Origin: Candidatus Cloacimonadales bacterium
Lineage (GTDB): Bacteria; Cloacimonadota; Cloacimonadia; Cloacimonadales; JAFGVF01
NCBI GenBank assembly: GCA_963663475.2
Contig: CAXXJV010000001.1
Span: 2,464,001 to 2,528,000, forward strand
Direction of reading: 5' to 3'
Length of the DNA stretch: 64,000 bases
Position 1 is the first letter of the stretch, and each line of letters opens with the position of its first letter. The notes under the pieces were generated by a model, which made no database searches, was not told where the DNA came from, and was given only the letters and a program-made list of their open reading frames with translations. This document shows, piece by piece, positions 50,989 to 58,014 of this stretch. A program made the translations under genes and the position numbers.

Positions 50989-51368
50989 AGTCACTCCTTA
51001 ATCGTGTTTAATAAATTCCTTAATTTTGGATTGTGCTCAATATACTTGATAACAAGTATCTATTTGCTATGGTGGTAGCAAATTCTTTTAATACAAATCA
51101 AAGAAAGCATATTATTTTTTTCTTGGCAAGTATTATTTTTAATTTTTCTTAATATTTTAACTTTTTGCGATAATTAAATCTATCTTAACAGTGTTAATAT
51201 CTTTTCCACTATTAATTTTTTATATTGTTAACTTAATATTTCTTAGTAGTGAAATTCTTGATTATTAGTTTCAGTTTATTAATTCCTACTTTTACCAATT
51301 AAGCCACCAATAGATGTTTTTTGCTTGGATAAATTTTTATTAATTGTATCAAATTTTCAACAGTTCAT

Positions 51369-51429
51369 TTACTCCCCCCGCCTAACGGCAAGCCTCTCAT
51401 ACCCCTCTAATGAGCAGAAAGGGGAATTA
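51369..51429 (+). repeat. 61-bp dispersed repeat, copy 2
   Basis: Direct repeat of 25573-25633. Confidence 0.9.
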
Positions 51430-51607
51430 GATTCTCACACCAAGGCACGAAGAAGATAAGGAAGAATATTTTTAACAAAAATTATTTGGGATTTAACGAC
51501 TTACTTTTGCAAAAGAAAAAGGAGTTAATCACAAAGGAATACTGCATTAGGGATATAAAGTTGGGGTAAGAATATGTTAGTTGAAGTATAAAGAATAAGT
51601 TTTTGTG

Positions 51608-51684
51608 TGGTAGCGAGAGGAGGATTTGAACCTCCGGCCTTCGGGTTATGAGCCCGACGAGCTACCAAACTGCTCCATCTCGCG
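51608..51684 (-). tRNA. tRNA-fMet (CAT), initiator
   Basis: CGCGAGATGGAGCAGTTTGGTAGCTCGTCGGGCTCATAACCCGA...CGCTACCA; C1:A72 mismatch and three G-C pairs in the anticodon stem. Confidence 0.97.
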
Positions 51685-51695
51685 ACAATAAAAAA

Positions 51696-51772
51696 TGGGG
51701 TGGCTGATGGGGCTCGAACCCACGACGCCAGGAACCACAATCCTGTGCTCTACCAACTGAACTACAGCCACC
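51696..51772 (-). tRNA. tRNA-His (GTG)
   Basis: GGTGGCTGTAGTTCAG...CAGGATTGTGGTTCCTG...CAGCCACCCCA, with encoded G-1. Confidence 0.97.
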
Positions 51773-51812
51773 ATATTTAAGGTAAAATGTGTGTTTTATA
51801 ATTTTAAAAGAA

Positions 51813-51889
<77 letters not shown>

Positions 51890-51898
51890 ACATTAAAA

Positions 51899-51975
51899 TG
51901 GTAGCGGCACAGGGACTCGAACCCCGGACACTCGGATTATGATTCCGATGCTCTAACCAACTGAGCTATGCCGCC
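51899..51975 (-). tRNA. tRNA-Met (CAT), probably elongator (Ile2 not excluded)
   Basis: GGCGGCATAGCTCAG...TCGGA-ATCATAA-TCCGA...TGCCGCTACCA; lacks initiator hallmarks. Confidence 0.92.
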
Positions 51976-51982
51976 ATTTTTA

Positions 51983-52059
51983 TGGTAGCGAGAGGAGGAT
52001 TTGAACCTCCGGCCTTCGGGTTATGAGCCCGACGAGCTACCAAACTGCTCCATCTCGCG
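51983..52059 (-). tRNA. tRNA-fMet (CAT), second identical copy
   Basis: Same sequence as 51608-51684. Confidence 0.97.
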
Positions 52060-52071
52060 TCAAGTTTTATC

Positions 52072-52099
52072 AATTTATAAAATAGTGTTTTTCTGTCAA
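52072..52099 (-). promoter_or_regulatory. Sigma70-type promoter of the five-tRNA operon
   Basis: TTGACA (52094-52099), 16 nt, TAAATT (52072-52077), just upstream of tRNA-fMet. Confidence 0.6.
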
Positions 52100-52172
52100 G
52101 TAAAATTTTCATTTATTTGATTTTCACTTATCAATCAGGAAAGATTGATTAACACTAACACACTATATAGAA

Positions 52173-52249
52173 TGGCACGCCCAAGAGGAGTCGAACCCCT
52201 AACCTTCTGATCCGTAGTCAGACACTCTATCCAATTGAGCTATGGGCGC
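52173..52249 (-). tRNA. tRNA-Arg (ACG)
   Basis: GCGCCCATAGCTCAATTGGATAGAG...TCTGA-CTACGGA-TCAGA...TGGGCGTGCCA; own TTGACA at 52285-52290. Confidence 0.97.
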
Positions 52250-52706
52250 ACATCGTTTTTGCATAAAAAAACTAGGGGGTTTTATGTCAAGCATATTTTT
52301 TAACTTTTTTTAGTGATACTTAGCTATCATATTGATTAATTGAAGGTTAATAAGTCTTTTTATTTTTTATATTCTCCTTATAGGCTAGCATCTTATTCTT
52401 CTTTAATTGTTAGTCTCCCTGAAAAAATGGGATTTTTACAGGAAAAAGTATAAAAGTATAAAGTGACACCCAAGTTTTCCATCTGCAAAAACGATCCATA
52501 TATCTCATAAAATCCCACACATTAAACTCTTACACCTATTTTCAATCGTTTTTTCAAAATTTCCAATTTAACTGCTTTCACAGGAAACTTTATCGTTTGA
52601 TTTATACTTTTAAAGTAGTTTTGTGGTTGTAAAGAACACCATTAATAACCTTAAACATCTAATAAATAAAGAATTAGTCTATTTTGTAGTTTTAAGGCAA
52701 TTGAAA

Positions 52707-52839
52707 AAAATCGTTTTTACGCTTTTTTCTCACTGCAAAAACGATTCGGTTTCTCACATTTGATAAAAAAGCGTAAAAACGATTTTGAAGAAGTGACAGA
52801 GTTTTTTCATTATTGATAAAAAACCGTAAAAACGATTTT
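52707..52839. repeat. Iterated sites: two direct 27-mers plus one inverted 22-mer
   Basis: ttgataaaaaa(g/c)cgtaaaaacgatttt at 52760-52786 and 52813-52839; aaaatcgtttttacgctttttt at 52707-52728. Confidence 0.92.
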
Positions 52840-52864
52840 AACTTTATTAACAATATAGCGTTAA

Positions 52865-54733
52865 TTATTTTTGAAAAGTAACGTCCAAACTCGCTCCGTA
52901 TAAATTCTTTTCGATTATTCTGTATCGACATTTAGATTCTATAGTTTTGCTTAGAACAGTTTTCAGTTCTTTCTTAGCTGTAGAAACTCTTTTATTCTTG
53001 CTCTTGCAGCTTTTAGTTTCTAGCAATCTAATTTTTAACGAATCATTTTTTAGTTCTATGATTATTGAATCAATATCTGTTATGCAAGATTCACTTGGTT
53101 TCTTTCTGAAGTCATAAATATTTATTCTCGAGTTATATATCAGAGCAAATCCTTCAAAGTTTCTTAGTGTATTCTTTAAATGATTAACTTCATGTTTCCT
53201 GCCTTTGTCTGAGATACCTTCTTGGTGCCTGTCCAAGTCTTCCTTAATCAATTCAAAATTATCATGAGGTGTTTTGATATAAAATTTTTGGTGATCTATT
53301 TCTTGTACTTCACTCAATCTATAATCATCTTTAAATATGAATTTCAGTATTGCCCAAAATAGATTTTCATAAGATGGTATTAGATCTTTATCTAAAACTT
53401 TGAATAAAATATACTTATGGGCATTTGTATCTGTTTTAAAGATATTATTTAACTTTTCACTTGGTATGCCATTTTGTTTTGCTCTTTGTTTGAGCTCATT
53501 AAACATAACATTATGAATCATTTTTGGGTTAGATACTTGCAATTCACTTTCTTTTAATAACATATTACATATATTAAAATTGATAGTAACAAAACTTGAA
53601 GAAGTAAACTTTTCTGTAAAAAAAATATCTGCTGATCTAGCATTTGTAATCGGATTGTGATCTAAATACGTTTCTATGCCAACGCAGTGCTTTCTTAATA
53701 TTGATATTCTTCTAACTTCATCATAAAAATTAATTCTTGATCTGTGGACTGGTAATTTGAATCTAACATAAGGAATATAAGATTTTATTTCTTTAGTAAC
53801 TAATCCTGTTTGAATAGCATCTCTGATAATTTCTTTATATTGTGATGCTTGTTTCTTCTTAACATCAATAATTTTCAATGACTCAATTTCATAAGATTTT
53901 TGTAGTGCACAAACTTCTGGATCATGATAAATTGAATCATATAGTTCATTTACAAAAGGATTTAAACTACTATTAATATTCAATTTAACAACTCTATCGG
54001 AATTATTTAAAGAGTTAATGAATGAAAAAATATCAGCATTAAATGGTATATGCGAATAGTGTGCATCTATTGAGATAATTGATAATTTTCGTATAATTCC
54101 ATAAACATCCGTTAATTGTTGAAGTTTATGAATATTTAACTTGCAAGAGTTAGAACTTAGCAACATTTTAAACAAAAACCTAATACTTTGCTTCATTTCT
54201 GTACTCAAAGAAGAGTTTCTATCTAGTCTATGCAAAGAAATTAAAAAATGAAACTTTGAAACATCGAAATTATTAATTATGACATTGGCAATTTCTTCAA
54301 GCTCATTATCTAAATTACATAAGAAAATTGATTTAAATCCTTTTAACTTTTTTGCAAACTTTAACAATGATCGTTCATCTGCATATGTATTCTTAGTGTG
54401 CCCAAAATTTGACAGCATAAACCAACTTTTAAGAATACTGTTACCTGTATATTCTTGACCGTTAACTTTGATACTTCCTAGGGAAAAACTCGAGCCTTTA
54501 TGAATATTATCAAATAAATCAACCATAGCACACTGTAACATCAGATATTCATACCTGCTATGGGATGCTCCATCAAATGTTTTTTCAATCAACCCCAAAT
54601 GCTTAATTCTTTTCTGTCTATCAAACTCTTTTTCAGTTTCATACAATGAATAAACACTTCGAGCAATATCATAAAATTTTATAGAGACTAGTCCAAAACT
54701 AGGGATAGCTACCTTATGAATAATTGAGGACAA
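52865..54733 (-). CDS. Degenerate SAMHD1/dNTPase-like HD domain fused to a C-terminal PD-(D/E)XK nuclease; candidate anti-phage protein
   Basis: EFDRQKRIKHLGL..TFDGASHSRYEY and LSNFGHT..TYADE align by eye to F.RL..I.QLG...F.GA.H.RFEH and LHD.GH.PFSH..E; C-terminal HE...TDID...LLETK. TTG start with AAGGAG RBS. Confidence 0.7.
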   Translation of the reverse strand: MSSIIHKVAIPSFGLVSIKFYDIARSVYSLYETEKEFDRQKRIKHLGLIEKTFDGASHSRYEYLMLQCAMVDLFDNIHKGSSFSLGSIKVNGQEYTGNSILKSWFMLSNFGHTKNTYADERSLLKFAKKLKGFKSIFLCNLDNELEEIANVIINNFDVSKFHFLISLHRLDRNSSLSTEMKQSIRFLFKMLLSSNSCKLNIHKLQQLTDVYGIIRKLSIISIDAHYSHIPFNADIFSFINSLNNSDRVVKLNINSSLNPFVNELYDSIYHDPEVCALQKSYEIESLKIIDVKKKQASQYKEIIRDAIQTGLVTKEIKSYIPYVRFKLPVHRSRINFYDEVRRISILRKHCVGIETYLDHNPITNARSADIFFTEKFTSSSFVTINFNICNMLLKESELQVSNPKMIHNVMFNELKQRAKQNGIPSEKLNNIFKTDTNAHKYILFKVLDKDLIPSYENLFWAILKFIFKDDYRLSEVQEIDHQKFYIKTPHDNFELIKEDLDRHQEGISDKGRKHEVNHLKNTLRNFEGFALIYNSRINIYDFRKKPSESCITDIDSIIIELKNDSLKIRLLETKSCKSKNKRVSTAKKELKTVLSKTIESKCRYRIIEKNLYGASLDVTFQK

Positions 54734-54745
54734 ACATTTCTCCTT

Positions 54746-55472
54746 TTAAATAACCCTAAACAGAAAGACCATCTCACCTAAGATCCTGAAGGTCTCAAGT
54801 TCAAAGTCTTCTATTATTATTACATCAAAATCTGGATTAAGTGGTTTAAGTATAACCCTCTTCTTCTCTTTATCAAATTGTAGTTTTTTTAAAGTAGCAC
54901 CTTCAGGTGTATGACAAGCACATACTTTACCATTCAAACTTGGTATATCTATGTTCTCTCTTATAACAACAACATCTCCATGAGCAATTATTGGGAACAT
55001 ACTGTTTCCATTAACCTTGAGAGCTATATACTTGTTCTCTTGATCTGACAAATAAGCTTTTGGTATCTCTATATACTTTGATGGAGCATCATCATAACCA
55101 TTCATTGGAGTACCTGCAGCAATCTCTCCATATATAGGTAGAGTTATAACCCTTGAATCGAAAGGGTTGAGTTTATGTTTATATACTGAGTTATTTCCTG
55201 TCATCTCTTCTATATTCTTTTTATGACCATCTCCATAGAGATTTCCATCAGAATCTAAAACAAACATTCCACCTTTACCAGTTAATAACCAATTTAAGTT
55301 TAAACCATAGCGTTCGTTGATACGAGCCATGGCTGTTGCTGGAGGTTTACTTGTTTTTTCTGTTCAACCAATCTGATAGATTACCTGATGTGACCTCAAT
55401 AGTATTCGTAAACTCGGAACGCTTTATATCAAGAGCATTTACGAACATTAACAGCCTATCTTTTATATCCAT
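54746..55472 (-). pseudogene. CI/LexA-like phage repressor (HTH + S24 autopeptidase), split by a 1-nt frameshift
   Basis: ATG 55472 gives MDIKDRLLMFVNALDIKRSEFTNTIEVTSGNLSDWLNRKNK*; the next frame continues KTSKPPATAMARINERYGLNLNWLLTGKG...IAAG...GNSMFP...TLKK. The shift is at the T6 run 55354-55359. Confidence 0.88.
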
Positions 55473-55519
55473 TTAATCTCCTATCTTTTATATCCATTTA
55501 ATCTCCTATCTTATATATC
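55455..55519. repeat. 25-bp tandem duplication covering the repressor RBS and start codon
   Basis: cctatcttttatatccatttaatct twice (55455-55479, 55480-55504) plus a partial third copy. Confidence 0.95.
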
Positions 55520-55526
55520 ATTCCAT

Positions 55527-55638
55527 TTCGCATTGTTGCACACTGATGCGTTGGACTGAAACTTTTCCTTGACTACTTTCGCATATTTTGCTTTATAGAT
55601 TTAGTAATCATTATTTGCAACATTGCGAACAATGTCAA
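55527..55638. promoter_or_regulatory. Phage genetic switch: face-to-face promoters with three operators
   Basis: ttcgcattgttgca (55527-55540), ttcgcatattttgc (55578-55591), inverted tgcaacattgcgaa (55616-55629). Leftward TTGACA (55633-55638)-17 nt-AATAAT; rightward -35 TTGACT (55569-55574). Confidence 0.7.
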
Positions 55639-55658
55639 TAAAAATTTAGGAGGTTCGA

Positions 55659-55901
55659 ATGAGATCACCATATCATCCTGCTGTAATAAGATCAGCTATG
55701 ACGCTTAAAAGACTCACAACAAAGGCATTAGCCGAACGCTTATTCATCTCCAGAAGATCATTAGATTATTTTATTAATGAAGGAATACATATAAGAAAAG
55801 CAGAAGATGTCTTAGAAATTCTTCAACCTGAGCTTGATGAGATAAGTGAAATTTATCGCAAACACACTAACATAGAAGTCGAGAGTTGCGAAAAGAGGTA
55901 A
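55659..55901 (+). CDS. Ner/Cro-like HTH regulator
   Basis: AGGAGG RBS; YHPAVIRSAMTLKRLTTKALAERLFISRRSL resembles the Ner-type WH.A.I.A.L...G.S...L pattern; divergent from the repressor. Confidence 0.7.
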   Translation: MRSPYHPAVIRSAMTLKRLTTKALAERLFISRRSLDYFINEGIHIRKAEDVLEILQPELDEISEIYRKHTNIEVESCEKR

Positions 55902-55962
55902 TGATGGAATACAAAGAACTAACAGTTAACAACAAGAGTTTAACTAGGAAAATATCCAGTTA

Positions 55963-56223
55963 ATGAGTTATGTAGGATTAAAAAATTTAAATACAATCCT
56001 GATGGTCGCAGTTGATATAATATACTCTGCTATAAAATATTTAGATGAGCTATTATACTTATACCCAGAATTTGGAAATTTGAAAGAACAGACATATAAA
56101 TATGTATATTATAAGCTTAGCAGAGTCATAAAACATATATTCAGCAATACAAAACTTAACAAGATTTTACCCTGCAAAGGTGAATATCATGACAAGTTAC
56201 AGCTGAAGATCAATTTTTCTTAA
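55963..56223 (+). CDS. Hypothetical protein, possibly a phage gene remnant
   Basis: 86-aa ORF coupled by TAATG overlaps through a 20-aa ORF (55901-55963) to the Ner-like gene. Confidence 0.35.
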   Translation: MSYVGLKNLNTILMVAVDIIYSAIKYLDELLYLYPEFGNLKEQTYKYVYYKLSRVIKHIFSNTKLNKILPCKGEYHDKLQLKINFS

Positions 56224-56387
56224 AAAAAATGGGGGTATGCCAAAAATTACTAAAAATTACTTGACATTACTAGAACATACGGCTTAAATATCTTTAGCAT
56301 ATTTACTAGGATTTTGTTTACAGAAATTTAACAGAAGATGAGATTTTGCCAAGTGGTAAGTTTTTAACTTAAAAATAAGGAGTATCT

Positions 56388-58004
56388 ATGAGAAAATTTG
56401 TACTATTAATTCTATTGTTGCTGACCGCAATTCTACAACTATACGCAGACAACGAACTAGAACCTTGGATTACCCTTAGTGGAGAGTGGGCTCCATCCTG
56501 GTTTGGGAAACACATGGCAGTATTAGACTTTAATGCAGATGGTATAGATGACTTAATCGTTTATCATATTGGAGAATATGGTGTTTATCATGGAGCTTTA
56601 AATATCTACTTTGGTGGAAGTAATTTCGGTAATGAACCTGATATGGTAATAGAAGGAGATCATGTTGGTCATTTAAGAGAAGGTGTCTTCTACTGCGGAG
56701 ATGTTAATGGTGATGGCTATGATGATTTTATAAGTCATGCTTTTGTTCATAGTGATGGTGTTGGAGACCCGAATGATTACGCCTTTCGCTACTACTTTGG
56801 TGGACCCAATCCTGATATTGAAGTTGATCAAGAATTTTCATATAGTGATAATGATCAAGATTGGTATGGGATAAGAACCTGTTTAGGAGATGTTAATAAT
56901 GATGGTTATGATGATATTGGGCTTAAAAGATTTGAGGGTAATGGTTATCCTTTAAAGATATTACTTGGTAATACGCTTGAACTTGTGGAAATTATTCCTG
57001 CTGAAGAGTCAACTCTTTTTTTCCCTAATATTGAACCTATGGGAGATATCAACAATGATGGTATAGCTGATTTCTCAGTTGGTTATGGATATGAAGCACA
57101 TGGTACGGAACATCAACATACAAGAATATTCTATGGAGGAGAAGATTTTACAACTAGTTTTATTGACTACAAACACTATGTTAATTCCGAATACATGTTT
57201 AAAGGGGCAAAGACTATTGGTGATTTTAATGGGGATGGATTAAATGATTTTCTTTTTCCAGTACCAAATAATGCGTCAAACGACTATTATGCCTTAGCCA
57301 TACGAGCTGACGAGATACTAGAGTCAGATGAACTTCATGTAGAACAATTTTATTATGACCAACCTTTACTAGACGCTTCTAGACCTATGTCCTACACTAT
57401 AGGTTACGGAGACTTTAATGGTGATGGTTTTAGTGATTTTGTTGGTTCTAATATGGAATATGCTATAGATGATGGAGCTGCCGGAATCTGGTTTGGCAGG
57501 GCAACCCCAAACGGAGATTGTGATATTAGATTAAATAGTCCAACTGTAGTTCATCAATTTGGCTACAAAGTTAAAGTTGGAGATTTTAATGGTGATGGAT
57601 TGGATGATATTGCTATCTCTTCTCCTCACCGAGCAGGTTCTTTAGAAGATGGATTTAATGGAGAAGTTTATATTTATAAAGGATCAGTTGATTTAGCTGA
57701 TACGGCTGTAGCTAATAGTGACCAAGAAGTTGAAGAAAATCATGGTATAAGATTAAATATCTACCCGAATCCTTCTAAATCTAGTATGGATATTAAGTAC
57801 ACTATTAAAGGTTCCTTAAGTAGAGATATTTCGGGTACACAGCTAATTATCTACAACATTAAAGGTCAAAAAATTTATTCAACAAGTATTAATAGTAAAG
57901 ATAACACAATTAGCATACCTCAAGTCCCATCAGGATGTTACATTGCTGAAATTAAAGAAAACAATAAAGTCTTGGCTTCTAGTAAGTTTAATTTAATAAA
58001 ATAA
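56388..58004 (+). CDS. Secreted FG-GAP/integrin-alpha beta-propeller protein with T9SS-type CTD
   Basis: Signal peptide, seven D(F/V/I)N.DG..D repeats, CTD IYPNP...IYNIKGQ...KFNLIK; AAGGAG RBS; TTGACA at 56261. Confidence 0.88.
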   Translation: MRKFVLLILLLLTAILQLYADNELEPWITLSGEWAPSWFGKHMAVLDFNADGIDDLIVYHIGEYGVYHGALNIYFGGSNFGNEPDMVIEGDHVGHLREGVFYCGDVNGDGYDDFISHAFVHSDGVGDPNDYAFRYYFGGPNPDIEVDQEFSYSDNDQDWYGIRTCLGDVNNDGYDDIGLKRFEGNGYPLKILLGNTLELVEIIPAEESTLFFPNIEPMGDINNDGIADFSVGYGYEAHGTEHQHTRIFYGGEDFTTSFIDYKHYVNSEYMFKGAKTIGDFNGDGLNDFLFPVPNNASNDYYALAIRADEILESDELHVEQFYYDQPLLDASRPMSYTIGYGDFNGDGFSDFVGSNMEYAIDDGAAGIWFGRATPNGDCDIRLNSPTVVHQFGYKVKVGDFNGDGLDDIAISSPHRAGSLEDGFNGEVYIYKGSVDLADTAVANSDQEVEENHGIRLNIYPNPSKSSMDIKYTIKGSLSRDISGTQLIIYNIKGQKIYSTSINSKDNTISIPQVPSGCYIAEIKENNKVLASSKFNLIK

Positions 58005-58014
58005 GGAGTAAAAA

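Noticed and set aside
52707-52839. Possible mini-CRISPR array (27-bp repeats, 26-bp spacer)
   Set aside because: Only two direct copies, the third is inverted, the repeats are A-rich and non-palindromic, and there are no cas genes in the window.
52692-52931. 79-aa minus-strand ORF
   Set aside because: Runs through the repeat array and overlaps the end of the HD-nuclease gene; low-complexity K/F/R content.
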